Positions 12,079 through 27,400 of a stretch of 64,000 nucleotides of DNA are shown here, one piece after another (positions within the stretch are counted from its first letter, which is position 1; each line of letters begins with the position of its first letter). Source of the DNA: Chrysomallon squamiferum (lineage: Eukaryota > Animalia > Mollusca); contig CM022679.1 in assembly GCA_012295275.1 (NCBI GenBank), positions 25,606,001 to 25,670,000 on the forward strand, in the 5' to 3' direction. Both the position numbers and the translations under genes were made by a program. Below the pieces are notes generated by a model. That model did no database searches. It was given only the letters and a program-made list of their open reading frames with translations, and was not told where the DNA came from.

Positions 12079-14134
12079 GTGAGTTATTTTGGTGCGAAAT
12101 TTTATCCTCGTAACTTTATAGATGGTTTGAGTTTTTAAAAGTCATGGAAGAAACTTTCAGGAATTTTTTTGATTTTTTTTTTTTTTTTTTTTTTTTCTTG
12201 TTTTAAGAATGTAGATGGGGAGTTTATTGGTTAAAACATTTTTTTTTAATTATTGTTATCAGTTTTTTAAATTATGTTCTTTAGAAATATTTCATGATGT
12301 GTGTGTTTGTGTTAGAGTTAATAAGTGGAGGATTTGCAGATAAAAGATAATAAGTTTATCAGGTAAAAATTCCAGTGGAAAATCAGACGTGTGGCATGTT
12401 GTTGTTTACTGTATGTAAATATATATTTATCAAACTGTCTTTGAACACATACAAGCAAGACCTAAGCAGATATAAACCTGACATCTGCTAGGTAACCAAG
12501 AATTAATTGGTAGAAAAATATTTATAATTATGAAAATGATTTGACACCAAATATGTTTTTTTTTTTTTTTTTTTTTTTTTTTGGATTTACATCATCATTC
12601 TTTTTTTCTTGAATTTATAAATACTTCTAAATACATTAATGTGGAAATATTTAATTTTTAACTTTGGTTTTTATTAATATAAAATAAAATAAATTTTTGG
12701 CATACCTATGGAAAGTTGGATACCTGTATTATTTAGAACATTTTCATTTATTTGAAATAAACAAATAAATAAATAAATAACATAACATAACATAATGATT
12801 TTAAGAATCCAAAAATATTTTATGGCTGGCTAATAAATATTTGTTATCAAATTACACAGATAAATATTTCTATTTTTGGGTGTTTATTTTAGAAAATGTT
12901 TTTCCAATCTTTATAATAAATCATTTGATATAGCTGAATATTTTTTATGTCATAAGTGAAATATTTATGAGATTTATGAAAATATCTTTATTAAATGGCA
13001 ATAAATATGGGTTTTTGTTCTTTTTAAAAATGTACTTTAATCAGTTACAGAGAGTTAAAAAAAAAAAAAAAAAAAATTGTACCTGCCAAAAATTTATCTG
13101 TTTATTTATTTGTTATTATTTTTTATTATTATTTATTTTTAATTTAAAAAAGATAATTCTGTTTTGATGCATAGTTTCTTTTATTACTTTTTTCTTTTTT
13201 CTTCTTTTTCTTCTTATTATCATTATCATATATAATCATCATCATCTCATTATTATTATTTGTTTTAGCATGATCAGTGTAATTATAAAATGATAAATGA
13301 AATAAATCCAACTGACGAATGCATATTTTTTCTTGATAAACTTAAAACATACATTTTTACACACAATATTCATATTTTCACAATACACACATTTGTATGT
13401 ATTCTTTTAGTTAACATTCCTAAATAATAAAAAACGTGACAGATGAGCTGAAAAATCTACTTTTGAGCACACTGCATTTATTTCATACTCTTTACTGAGA
13501 AATCTAAAACTATTAATTTCATATAATCAAACATCATTTTAAATAATTAAAATTTAAACAATTCATTTTCTGAATCATTTTCTTCAGGAAAATGTTAATG
13601 ACATTTTTGTTTACATTAATTCTTATAAACAGACTGAAATTTTACACAAATATTTTCAAATATCTGTACAGCTAATATATATTAAATTAATATATAAGGC
13701 TAATACTTATGGTAATTTATAAAAATAATATAATTATATAATTGAAAATGCTTGCTGTATTTAGCTAATAAGAATGAGAATGCTTAAATGATTCTAGTAA
13801 ACAGACAGGAATTTGTCTCTGCTGAACGTATCATCAACATGCCTCTGGTTTGCATCTTTAGAAAAGTTTGAGTCCATCATCATAGGTGGTCAAGGTCACT
13901 GGATATGTTTAGATAATAAATCTTGGCAAATGTCTTTAGTGGTGGTAGTTTTTGCTAAAAATAGATGTGTTGGTTTCTGTGAAATAGCTGTTTGGCACCA
14001 GAACAAATGGTTCAGTTCTTCATCAAACAAACTTTGAACTTTTTCTTTTCTCTGTTTAAAGAAATAAATAACAATAACAAAATTGTGAACTTGTTGTTAA
14101 GATGGTGGTGATTATTATAATCATTTCTGTTACT

Positions 14135-14165
<31 letters not shown>

Positions 14166-16139
14166 CTGATGATAAATGATAAATGATGTTAACAGCAGTT
14201 ATTAATATTAATTGTTGTTGTCAATTTTCTTACAATTATTAATGTTATTATTATTGTTTATTTATTTACTTACTAATTTTCTTCTGTCTTTCTTTTTTTA
14301 TATAATTGCTTATTTATTTACTTAGTTAGTTACTTACATATTTATTTATTTATCTAGGAGTTGATATTAAGTTTCCTTATTGAATATTCAGAAGTTAATT
14401 TATTTACTTTACCAATGTTATATACACGATAATCTACATTTTTAAAAATAAACTTTTCTCTCTGTCTTTTTGTCTGTCTGTATGTTCATTTCTTACTTTG
14501 ACTTCATTTTTTCTCTCTATTTCTATTTGTCTTTCACTCTGACATTTCTCTCTCTGCCTGCTCCTCCATTTGCATCTTTCAATCATTAATTTATTATTTA
14601 TTTTCATTATCATTGTTTTTAAATGACAATAACAGTGAATTTACAATTATGAATTTTTTATTCTTAAAGATTCTCTTTTTTAAAATATATCTTTTATCAG
14701 TTTCATGCTTCAAGTTAAAAATAACATTCTCAAGCATAATGTCAGTATAACTCTTAATAAGCTAAGTAACAAAAACAAACAAAAATAACAAGTTTTTATT
14801 AGTATTATCAGTCTCATCCTTATCAAGATCATTAACTGTCTTTCTTAAAATGGCTGCCTTCCATGTGATTGTACAAGCTTGTTATGTTATTTTAACAGCT
14901 TATTATTACTATTAGTAGTGTCTGATGTCTAAATATTCTAACAGCATAAGTAAATTCAACAAAAAATAAATAAATTAATAAATAAAATAAAATAAAAATA
15001 AAATAAAAATACAACATAAGTAAATTCAAAAAAAAAAAAAAGAAAGAATAAAATAAAAAATAAAATAAAATAAAATAAAATAAAATAAAAAATAGTATTA
15101 TCATTTTTTTAAAATACAGGAAAATGGCAGCCCACATACACTTTTATGGGTTTGTTGTGTTATTGCAGTGCTTCACTGTCAACAGTGTTTGGCATCCAAA
15201 TATTATAAGTAACAACATTAAACATATAAACAATAAAAGATTTTTGTTAGATGTATCATATCTAAAAGAGATGTATATGTAGCTGTGTGTCTGTGTGTTT
15301 ATGTAATTATTGGCAGCCAAACAATTTTTCATGTTTATTTATAGTATTAAAATACTTTATTATTAACAATGGTTGGTGTGCAGTTACAAAAACAACCATT
15401 CACATGTTCATATGTGTATTTAGTAACATATATACAAGCCTGTGTTAATCAAGGGACTGTTTGTCATACACTCACTGTTATTCTGGCAAACATAATGATC
15501 TCAACTGGGGGAGTATTCCTGATGGTTCAGACATGTAACAAAGCTTGCAGAAAAACAGCATAAAAAAAAAAAAAAAAAAAAAAAATAGGAACCTCACTGA
15601 TAACCAGTCTTTTCTCAGTAGATAACACTCTTTCAGATGATCCTGATTTTTGTCAAAGCATAACAAACAGAGATTATGGAGAACAGAAGTACTGCATGGA
15701 TGGGTGCAAGGTTTTACTTAAGCGAGCCTTTGATTCACAACATGGCATAATAAACACACAGGTTGATTAAATGACTGGTAAAGGTGAATGAGTAATTTCG
15801 AGGAGCCAGGGTTTTGCACTCTGTCTCTGCATGTTTGCAGTTCTTTCTGTCTTTCTGAATAATGATGGGTGTGTGTGCTTCCAGTATAAATTAAATTACA
15901 GGTACCTGTAGGTCTGTATTCAGCAAGTATGGGTTATAATTTTGGTGAATTGCAGTTGAGAAAGAATATATTTTTTATTTATTTTCCACCTCAGTGTGTG
16001 TTTTTGAAATCCGAAAATTTCTCATGATGTGTTGTCTGTGTGGATAGATGAATTAATGTTCTGTTAGAATGATTCAATGGTTATTGGTAATCTTGATTAT
16101 AATTCAAACCAATGATGAAATACAAGTGTGTGTCTCACA

Positions 16140-16566
16140 TTCTTTGACAGAAGATATTAATATAACTGTCTTACATATAACAGTAGTGAATTCTCTAATA
16201 TAGGACATTAATATACGTATATGTCTCAAATCTGTAACATAGAACATTACTATAACTGGCTGCCTCACATTGGCTAAAACAGGACTTTTAGGTAATAGTC
16301 TCACACATAGCAGTATGGAATTCCCTATCATAGGACATTAATACAGCTGCCTTTCTAACATTCTCTAACACAAGACATTAAAATAACTGTCATATATACA
16401 TAACAGCACAGGATTCTGGAAGACAAGACATTTATAACTCTGTCACCCATACTCTAATATAGGTCATTAATGTAATTGTCTGTTTCACATTCCCAAACAT
16501 AGGACATTAGACATTAATAAAACTTTCTCACTGTTAAGGAATCTTTAATACAGGACATTAATACAA
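16140..16566. repeat. Old degenerate minisatellite with core TTCTCTAA..AGGACATTAAT..AACTGTC
   Basis: About ten decayed copies of the (ag)gacatta core at irregular 30-55 bp spacing. Confidence 0.75.
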
Positions 16567-18446
16567 CATCAATAGGAACAGAAAACAGGTTTTCCTCTAT
16601 GACGTTTCTTTTAACTGATAAATATTGGTGGCTTCTCATTATTACAAACCAAGACAGGGTTTGTTTTTAAATTTCTTTCCCTGGCCTTTAACCTACTTCA
16701 TCGACATCATCATCATCGTTGTTGTTGTTGCTGTTAACTTGAACACCATGGCTGCTAACACAGAGTGTGGTAAACACTTCCAGAAAGTCTCAGAATCCTT
16801 TTGCTACTTCCTGCCAGCTGCTGGGATTCCTGGGCAAGTTTGTGAAAGAGGAACCAGGACAAGATATCTCAAGTACGGCCTGTCTTACAATGGCAGTCGT
16901 GGACCACTGGCAATTAACACGGCTGATTTACTGATGACAGGATCCAGGCTTGGTGGCACTCAGACTTCGGTTATGTCACTAGCTGTTGGGATTGACAGGT
17001 TCTGAGTTCATGGCTTCATAACTGGCTGTGTCACTGGTTGTTCTGATTGGCAGGTTCTGGGTTCACGGCTTCATATTGGCTGTGTCATGTTGGACTGAAT
17101 TACACAAGTTAAGCTCTAACCTGGGTTAATTCATTTAAACTTGTTGAGCTTGTCAGAGTAGAGATTGCAGATTCAAATCCTCAACTTACTGTGTGTTTAG
17201 AAATTCATCTCTACAGAGAATATTAATGAAATTAATACAAAAGTAAAAAATGACTAAATAATTTAACTGTTTAACTTGGCAGTGTACAGTTTACTAACAT
17301 AAATTTTAGTATTGAACTTAACTATACTACTATTATTTAACGTCATGGAAATTGAAGTTAAAGGCTTTAATAACCTTTTATGGAAACATACTTATAACAT
17401 ACTTGTATACCCATATGTGTAGCTCATTTATAGAATATTTTACTGAGGAATAAAGGGTTATAAGATCAATACTTCTTGGAAAAATGTTTTGAGGCCATTC
17501 TATTCAGTTATGGCAAAAGGAATCAAGACATTTAAAAATTTAAACAAAAGAAGTTAAATGTTAATGCATAATGTTTGTTATAGTTTCTTATTTCTTGTCC
17601 TTTTTCATTATTGCTCTGTACTTTAAAGCAGACCATAAAGCATACTAACACTAAATTGTCAAACATATCATAAGGCACACTGATCTAAAACTGCTGCATG
17701 AAAAATATGACATGACATATCTAATCTATGGGAAAATAGATACAAAATTCCTCTTATTGGTAACTGATAAAACTAGTATAAGTCATGAATAAGGAATCTT
17801 ACAATCCCTATAGTACTGATATAACCAAAAGTTCTACAAGCTGGTTTCATCTCTAATGCATTACCACAAATTAGATGTTCATAGAAAATCTGCTGAGATG
17901 AGTCATTAATAAATAACTTTCCATTAAAGACATTCTGGTTAAAACCTGTTATAAGTACTTTGCTGTATATGGGAAGGTGCAAACTAATGATTCTTTATTG
18001 CTCATGAAAAAAAAATAAAACTGTAGCCTTTTGCAGAGTTTACTCTCTCATTATCTGTGCAATGTTTTTAACCAAATGGCCCTGGATTAAAAATATATTT
18101 AACATGCAGTTTAATAAGACATTGATTTCTTCCATCCTACCCAACATAACTGATGCATTTTCAAGTGCCCGAACCTCTCATTGAACTAAAGGAAATGAAG
18201 AGAGTGAAACCAACCTGGGACAGTTACTACAGCTGATTTAATGCTCAGATTGGGTAGCAGAGGGTCAAGTTTTCTGACAGTTTGAAAAACGCCTCTGTTA
18301 ATTGCAGTGGACATTTATTGCTTTATTTTTGTGTGCCGAAATGATTTCATCTACTGCCTGCTGAAGCTTGTTTACATTCCATTAAATAACATGTAAACAA
18401 AACAGGATACGGTTTACTGACAAGTCTGGCTCATTTGGAAGAAGTT

Positions 18447-18678
18447 AAGGAGTGCTGTGTAGTCTAGTGGTTAGCGCTGCCACTGGAGTGATAGATAAGT
18501 GTGTGTGTGTGTATATAGACACCCATTGGTCTATTTCCAATTCCAGACAGTGCTCCAGTGTGTATTATCAAAAGCCAGTTGAGAGTGTGGTGGTGTCTTA
18601 CTGTCTGTGAGGAGAAGCAGTTGAAAAATCTTTTGCTGCTGATAAGTAATAACAGTAAATAAAGAGGATGCCAGTGAC

Positions 18679-18680
<2 letters not shown>
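18447..18680 (+). mobile_element. Decayed SINE copy (same family)
   Basis: A-box-like gtgtagtctagtggttagcgc, then cccattggtctatttccaattccagacagtgctcca and the core ctgtctgtgaggagaagc...aaaatcttttgctgctga. Confidence 0.6.
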
Positions 18681-18718
<38 letters not shown>

Positions 18719-19524
18719 TACATACCAAACACACACACACACACATTTCATACTAACAGCATTAATATTAAAAAGTTAGACAAACATAATCTGCCTCATG
18801 GATAAAGTTTCAGGTTGATATTTGTTAAAATAAATGATAGCAGTCAGATGTGTACATGTGTTTACCTGTGTGCATTTGTGTATGTGTATATGTGTGTATG
18901 TAGTATAAGTGTGTGTTTGTATATGTGTCTATATGGGTTTCAGTCTATGTATGTGTGTATGTATGTGTGTGTTTGTGTCAGTCTATAGGTGTTTACATTC
19001 AATATCTAAACTGTCTTAATGGTATTGCTTTATACTCACTACATTAATCTTTTAATAAATAATTTTTTGAAAATGATAAAAAAATGAAATCAATAAAATA
19101 TTCTTTTTGAATTTAAACAAATTTATAAATAAATAAAAAATAACTTAAAATGATATACCAAGTTACCTATTTCCAACCAGACTAAATTAATGTATTGATT
19201 TGAAAAACCTGTGAACAGAAAACAAATGTTACCAGACACTGACAGGTTTCATTATCATTTTTCTACATCATTATAATAGTAACCTGTTTCTGCTGTAACC
19301 AAGAAGCGTTCACATTTCCTTAGTCAGTTATCTTGGATGGCTAACTGGGTAACGAATATCAGTTTAGCTGGTTCTCCTGAACACCTGGTTGGAAATACCA
19401 CAGATTCTTCAAAATGGCAGAGTGTATTTCCATCAAAATGTGATAAAGTGTGGATACATGAGGTATGGGAAGTGTTGGGTATCATCTGACATTAGGTGTG
19501 TTTCTCCTAGCGGTGGGTGGGGGA

Positions 19525-19745
19525 GAAGGGCTGTGGCTCACTGGTTAGAGCACACACACACTTTGTGGGATGATAGGTTAAAGGATCAGTCCTTTTTGGG
19601 TGTGTCTTTTAGACTAGCCAGTTTCAGACAGATACTCACAGCTGATCAGTCTAATGTTATGGTATGTGTTGTCCTGTCTATGGGAAGGTGTTTTTTTCTT
19701 TTTTTGGCTGATTATAATAATAACTCTTGGTCAATGTCATCTCAC
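19525..19745 (+). mobile_element. Decayed SINE copy (same family)
   Basis: gtggctcactggttagagcac head, ggatcagtcc B-box-like motif, and the core ggtatgtgttgtcctgtctatgggaaggtg. Confidence 0.65.
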
Positions 19746-19996
19746 TGTTATACATAAATATACTTTTTTTTTCTAAATATATAAAAAGATGCACAGACAA
19801 ATATAAATAAATAAATAAATACAAGCAGATATATACATTAACATGGATATATGATATACAAACATCTTTTACATATATACATCTATATATACATTTTATA
19901 AATAAACACACACACACACACACACACACATACACACACATATATATGACCATCCTATATACACATACAGATACATATATACTTTCATAGAAATAC

Positions 19997-20028
<32 letters not shown>

Positions 20029-21414
20029 GCATAATACACATATTCTCACTCTCACACACATAGACATAAATATACACAGAGAAAAATAACACACATAGAC
20101 ACTCACACACACATAAACACACACACACACACACACACACACATATTTTAAAATATCACACATTTATTTTCTCATTTACTGTTCCCGCTGTTGTTACAAA
20201 TTATTATCATCTGGTTTAGAAGTTAAATTTAACAAAAACTCCATTGGCTTTAATTGGCTGTAATATTTACCCTGGTATTTCAGATTTGACAATCTGGATA
20301 GGATAATAGATTTAACATTTAGAAATGGGTTCCATTTCACACAGCCATCTTTACAGGATGTTTAAAACATTCCAGTGTTTTCTCATGTGGGTCACAAAGT
20401 TATGTTGTTTAAGATGTATCTTTTTTTTTTTTTAAATTTCTGATAAAAATTTGAACTGTGGGATATCTGGTAGAGATTTTATGACAGTGAAAGTAAAGAA
20501 TTTTAAGTTATTTTGTTATGTGAAAAGGAAATGTTTAAAAAGACATCACAACATTTTAATATGCAGTTGTTTTGTGTTGAACTCATTTATATATAATGAT
20601 GATGATGCAACAAAACACATCCACCCTTCACACATGCACATATATACACATGCAACTGATACACACACATACCTACACATACATACATGCATACAAATAT
20701 TTGCACAAACATAATATTCCAATATTGCAATATCTAGAGGTATATCTAGAAAGCTGAATGACTTAGATACCATCCTGAACTAAATAGACTTTCAATATCT
20801 AAAAATATATCTAGAATGCTGAAATACTTCAGACAGTATACTGAACTGAATAGACTTGCAGTATCTAGAGGTATATCTAGAAAGCTGAATCACTGAATGA
20901 CTTCAGACACTACAGAGATTTGATCAGTTTCCAGCCTTTTTCTTTATCAGCATTACTTAACAGACGTGGGCTGTTCTGCTGATAACAGTACAGACAAACA
21001 GTTAGCTGAATTTGGCTTTTGTTCAACAAGTCGTAGAATGTGCTCCTACTGATGTACTTTTAATACCGGGTGATAATTAGCTGTGATGTTAGGATGGGTC
21101 AAGAAGGAACGGGTCAGTTTGTGAAAAAAATTAATAAATAAAATATTAAGTTAAAAAAAACAAAACAAAAAAAAAATAATGTAAAAAAATTAAAAAATGA
21201 GAAATCAAAATAAAAAACAAAACAAATTCAAAACAGAAACGAAAAATATTTTATTTTATTTTTTTTCATTCTTTTTAAAAAAATATTTTTATGTATTGAT
21301 TTATTTATTTATTTATTTTTTGTATTATAGATTATACTCTTTCATAGAAAATGAAATAAGAAATATTTTATTTAAGAACATAATACAGTTTTTAGAATTC
21401 TGTATGATGACTTT

Positions 21415-21530
21415 CTTAAGGATCATATTGACAACAGGAAAGGATCACCAACCAGTGGCTGTCAGCAGCAAGATATATTTTATTTTTTTGCCTTCTCAGA
21501 AACAGGAAAGGACACTTAACCACCACCACC
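21415..21530 (-). mobile_element. SINE fragment (same family)
   Basis: cagcagcaagatatattttat...ccttctcagaaacagga core in reverse orientation. Confidence 0.45.
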
Positions 21531-23366
21531 ACTAAACCTGTCAACTCCCAAACCTACAAACCCAAGATCACAATTCTCCATCATTTTCATTTTTTTTCTC
21601 AACAAATTAACCAAGCAGCAAAAATTAACAACAACAACAGCAGCAGCAGCAACACTCTAGCCTAAAGTCCTCTTTTCCATCTGATTGTTTTATCTATAAA
21701 TAGTCTAGAAAATCGGGAGAAAAATGTGAGAAATTTTCGCCAGCACTGATAGATTTTGGAAACCCCTGCATCCTGCAACTTATCTCCAGCATCTTGCAGC
21801 TCACACAGGCCTGGGTAACAGATAGAGTCTTGTGATATATGTGAGGAGCTGTCTCTGGCTACCTGTGGAGCAGTGCTTGAGAGATAACAATCTGACACTG
21901 CCAGGCTCCAGACACACACACACACACACACAAACTCACCCTGCTGGAAGAAACTTACCTGAGAAATTGCACTGCTAAAATAAATTGTGTGTGGCTATTA
22001 ATTACATCCAGCTATGCTTTAGCAAAGATGAAACAGGCTGTGAAGTAATTTGGGTGTTGTTATATAATTTTGTTGTATTATCCTGTTAAGACTATGAAAA
22101 TAAAAAATATATATTTGAGTTATATCAAGTTTTGCCATAAGGATACAAAAATAAATTGTGTGGCTATAATTATATCCATCTGTGCTTTAACAAAAATGAT
22201 ATAGGCTATGATATAACTTGAACTTGTTATATCATTTTGTTAGACTATCCTACAAGGACTATGAAATCAGGATATGCAAGTCTGTAAGGATTTCTCTGTA
22301 ATTTTATTGTGCCATCTTCCTGCAAGGATTATGCTCTGCTATAAGGATATAAAATGTTTATTCAAAATAAAAGCTATGTCATAAGGATACAACAACACAA
22401 TCTGCTGTTACAATTATATAGCATAAAACTAAAAAACATGGCTCCAGCTATTTCTTCATATCTCTGAAGAGTCAAAAAATATAATTTTTGGTATATATTT
22501 TTGTCAGATGAAGCTTCAGGGAAGCCAGAATTAAGATGTGTCTACAAATATATCATGTTTTTCTTTTAGAAATTTTATTAGGTTATGCTGTAGACGCTTC
22601 TAAACATGAAATGGTTTCCAAAGCGGTATCAGCTTATCTGTGTTATTTCTGAGGACTGTAAAAATATACATTTTCTATAAATATTTCAGCTGCAAAGACT
22701 GTAAGGAAATAATATAAAGTGTATCTAAAACTTTATCTAGCATCAAGCTGTGCTGCACAGAGTGCAAAAAAGCAAGCAAATATATTAATAATAATAAATA
22801 AATAAATAAGTAAGTAAGTAAGTAAGTAAGCAAATATAAATAAATAAATAAATAAATAAAATTAAATTAAATTACATTTTTCAAAAATTGTGCTATATAA
22901 GCTATAAGAAGGGGGGGAAATTAAAATACAAAATTCAAAAAAATTAACATAAATAAAAAAATAATAAAATTCCAGACACTTTGATATAAATTAGTAAGCA
23001 GTGCATGCTATCATGTCTTCAGTATGTTTCTTTGCAAATTACATCAGTCTGTAAAAAGAAGAAAAAAAGATTTATGTATCTTTAGTGATATCAAACAAGT
23101 CTTAAAATTATATAAATATAGCAAAAATAAAAAGTGTACTGATAATGACAAAACAAGTGCAGAAATGTAACGTGCATTTTGATCAAATATGTTATTAGCA
23201 TTGCAAAAGTAAATTCTGTTATTATATTAAGTCATACAATATATAGAAATAAAAAAATTATGTTAAAACTAAAAAGGTACATTTATAATTATATCAAATA
23301 TGTGTTATAAGAAATGAAAAGTGAATATGTGATATATATTCACTGTGAATTCAAAAGACTGCAGAA

Positions 23367-23367
<1 letters not shown>

Positions 23368-23397
<30 letters not shown>

Positions 23398-23441
23398 GTC
23401 TTCTTCTTGTTCATCTTTTCTTCTTCTTCTTCTTCTTCTTC

Positions 23442-23498
<57 letters not shown>
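23368..23498. repeat. Compound microsatellite (CAT)n-(CTT)n-(TAT)n
   Basis: Directly visible. Confidence 0.95.
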
Positions 23499-23499
<1 letters not shown>

Positions 23500-23949
23500 G
23501 ATAATCACCATAACATCCATCCTTATTCATTATCATTAGGTGAACCTAATAAACAAGTGAAGTATACCACATGTAAGAAAAAATGTATTTTTATTATTAT
23601 TACCATAATCATCATTATCATTATCAACATTGATATTACCATTATCATTATCATGAGGCGAAACTTAATTCACTAATCAAATTCCGATTACATTCTTAAT
23701 TTTTATCTCACTCGTAACACACCATATGTAACAGAAGAATTTACTTTATTTATAAAAAAGTCATCTCTGACAATCCAGTTTCATTTTGTTTAATGTATTA
23801 TTCATCAGGCTTATTTTGTAATTTTTCTCTCTTTTTTTTTTTTTTTCAAATTAATAACTCACGGGATAGGATGTTTAAAGAAGCTAACGAGAAAAAAGCA
23901 TTGTTGTAAAACAATTCTGTTTATGTGGGCATGAAGTTGAGAGTTTGTG

Positions 23950-24115
23950 ATCTGTTACTTAGTGGTTAGAGTACTTGTCTGAGGCATGTTAGACCACAGG
24001 ATCAAAACTTCTCACTTGCAGCTAGTGGATAATTTACTGTTCCAGAGGCAAATGCATGTGTTTGAATAACAACATCTTCTGGTATGTGATTTTCTTGGAT
24101 GATTGTCGTGCACGT
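23950..24115 (+). mobile_element. Decayed SINE copy (same family)
   Basis: cttagtggttagagtacttgtctgagg...caggatcaaaac head, followed by ggtatgtg. Confidence 0.55.
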
Positions 24116-25429
24116 CTGATACCAGTAAATTAACAGATTAGTCAAGTTTTTTAAATTTTAAAATTAAATCATTTTGAAATAAGTAATCTATTTTTTGTAA
24201 TGTTTATTTATATTATTTTTATTTATTTATTTATTTATTTATTACCATTGTCAGCATCATCATCATGTCTTTACTTATTTATTTTTGATTACTGTTGTTG
24301 CTGTTGTTGTTATTATTCTTATTATATTACAGTGATGTTATTTGGAATCCTATAAAACTAAAGCAGACTTACAAAGCTGATGAATAAAAGACATATAGCT
24401 ATAAGTAAAACATTAAATAATATGGTAGTTTAAAAAAAGGTATCTGGCCTTATTTTATTTTATGTTTATTAAAGATATATAACTAATGCCTGTGAAAATG
24501 AATCACACTGAAGTAGATCTATAGTATAAACATGTCTTTATGTATCTGAACATGCAAACTATTAAACATCACTGAAATCGAATTAATGTCTTAAATAACC
24601 TATGTATTATTTATTTTCAAAACATGTAGCCTATATATTGATAGTAAAAAATTTGTATCCAACATGTCTGTGGGCCAACAATTCCAAATATAGTAAAATG
24701 AATCTCAAAAGGCTAAATACAGTGATATTGGTAATATAATTTGAAATATATTTGTTTAAAAAAGCAGAAAAAAAAAATAGGTTTAAAATTTACAGAATTA
24801 TTTTACTGGTTAATCTTTTTTTTTAAAACAGATTCATCTAACATAAATATGTACAATGCAGTCCAGTTGCTGTAAAGCAGAGAAGCAGTATACTGCATTA
24901 TCAAATAATATAAATTATTTATTAAAAAAAACTGTCTGTTTCACTCTGTCAGGAGGGTTTTTTTCAACAGAGATTTTTGACCCACATAACTGCAGCCCCT
25001 GGAGACCAATTACAGTAAAGTGGACATGCAGTACAAGTGTGTCTGCAGCTATCAGGTGACTTCCTGTGCTTATTTTCTCCACAGGACATTCCTAGCTTCC
25101 TGCTAATGTGCTAGTCTCTTGACATTCCTACACTTGTGGAATTTCAGGAATTGTTCACAAGACAGCTTGTCCTGTCTCAATACTCACAGCCCTGCGACAA
25201 GAGCAGTCAAAACAAACGCTAGTTTTCTTATTGGACAGAACTTGAGAGTTATAATACTGAGATTTAATAATGAAGAAAGGTAGATAATGTTTGTTTTTGT
25301 TTAAAGGACTCCACTGGAGCTTGTGGAATACTTTTCTATCATTAGTTATTGGTATTTCAAACATATATTCTCTTATTTGTGTTTCTGATATATATTACTG
25401 GCACATTCATTACAGGAAATTCTATTTTT

Positions 25430-25600
25430 TAAATTATAGCACAAATGGCTTTTTTTAATTACATGTTCCAACAGACCGGAAAGACATACCATGATCTCTG
25501 ATAACTAAATATAATGTGGAATTAGAAATAGACTAAACATTCAGAGAATTGATCCCATGTCTTATCACATCTGAGGTCAGTGTTTTAAACACCAGTCTGT
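25430..25600 (-). mobile_element. Decayed SINE copy (same family)
   Basis: acagaccggaaagacataccatg, gaaatagac and gaattgatccc...cacatctgagg in reverse orientation. Confidence 0.5.
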
Positions 25601-26927
25601 TTGCCTCTCAAAAAAAAAATTACTTGAGTCAGAATAGTGCATCCTGTTTAAAGCAAAAGTTTTATAGTTGGCAGTGGATAAACTCTAATTTACTGTTAAT
25701 AATTGCAAACATGTGTGATCCAGATACAAAAACAAAAGCTGTAATAATTAGTTTATTATTCAAATTGCTAATGTAATGTTGCAAATCATTATTCATGACA
25801 TTTGTGTTGGAATAATAAATAGCATATTTTGAAACACAGAAACAAGACTCTATTCCGCGGAGACCAAAGTATTCTGTTTATATAGTACGTAAAGAGAAAG
25901 AGAAAGGGAGATAAATGAAACATTTCATAAGAGTTGATGAAATGGTATATTTAGAAATTCTGAAAGCTCATGTCAGAATACAGTGGACGACGTCTGTAAC
26001 AAGTTATAGCTTCAGGTGTGCAGTTAAAAACCACATTTTAACCCTGCTTACATCTTCTGAAAATTCAAGTACATCTAATTTGTAATAAAATATGCTGTCT
26101 TGTATAATCTAAGACTAAGTTAGTCAGTTAGATTGTTAGAAACCAATGAGGCTGTTGTAGTTGATTACCTCTCTGTTCACCTCCCTATTTTTGGATGGTT
26201 ACAATTCAGTGAGGGACCGTCATATCTCCCAAATCCTTCTTTCGTATCTTGAGGCCAACAGCTTAAGCAAAGCACCACTATCAGTTAACTTTCAAAAAAA
26301 GCTAAATTAGTGCATCTTCATAAATAAATGTTTTGAGTGTTTGATTGGGAAGTAACGTTACAAGTGAAACTGGCTGGCTGTAATTGTGCATTTCACCAAT
26401 TCTCCACTGACTCAGATTAGATAATGAGGTTAATTCTGCTCCGAACTTTCCAACCTACACGGGTTTCCAGTGCAGTTATTAGTCAGATCCCAGATCAAAC
26501 ACACAGCTAATGGTCTCTAGTCACAGTTCTACACCTACAAAGCCTCAGTCAAATATTGTTCATATTAATTACTTACACAGATGGTTAAACAGCTGTAATT
26601 AGATAAAAAGACTTTTTACCTTCTTTTCAGAAGAGCTCACTTAAAGGGATGCTCAGGTTAAATAGGAGTCTCCTGTGGTAGAAAAATGGGTAATGGTGCA
26701 CACACTTACAAGAAAGGTGCTAGACCCATGTAATAAATAACTAATGCTCTAACACTGAGAAACAGTTGCTATTTCTGATGTATGTACTGTGTTATAGTTA
26801 TATTAGGAATCTCTCTGAATTTTGCATTACAACATAATGGATTTTTTTAGAATTACACCTTCCCAGAGACTGGAAAGATAATAATAAAACACACACACAC
26901 ACACACACACACACAAAACACACAGAG

Positions 26928-26958
<31 letters not shown>

Positions 26959-27204
26959 ATTATAAACAGACCAAACAAACTATTGCAGCATTGCATGCCA
27001 TGACACAATATTACTGAATCAATGTTCTGAATTATCCTTAATGTGGTGTTAAATGTAAGACCATTTCAAATTGTTAACTCATTGACTAAAGTACAACAAA
27101 CTTAATATTATGCAGCAAATACTTGTTGATTTTTTAAAGGTATTATGTTATCTTAGCAAGATCTAATGGACTACTTAGAATTGTTATCAGTATTAAGTGT
27201 TAGA

Positions 27205-27400
27205 AAGAGATGTGGTTAGATGTCTGAACTGAGATGTGATGGATTACAGGATCTATCCTTCTAAGAGGACCTCTTAGACTATTTTTATTCCTGCCAATGC
27301 CCTTTGAACATTCCACTCTCTGGGATCACTTGCAGCTAAAAAAAATTCTGTGATGTGATAGCATTAGTTTCCTCTCTCTTTGTCATAATCATGTAATCTG
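27205..27400 (+). mobile_element. Decayed, internally deleted SINE copy
   Basis: gtggttagatg..ctgagatgtgatgg..caggatctatcc..ggacc..agactatt, then gatcacttgcagctaa and gtttcctctctct. Confidence 0.5.

Noticed and set aside
16625-17005. 126-aa ORF in a GC-richer block
   Set aside because: It has a non-ATG start and no recognisable domain or convincing splice pair, and its 3' part runs into a 54-bp degenerate repeat.
18447-19600. tRNA genes (TAGTGGTTAG / CTGGTTAGAGC A-box-like motifs)
   Set aside because: No cloverleaf can be formed; these are SINE heads.
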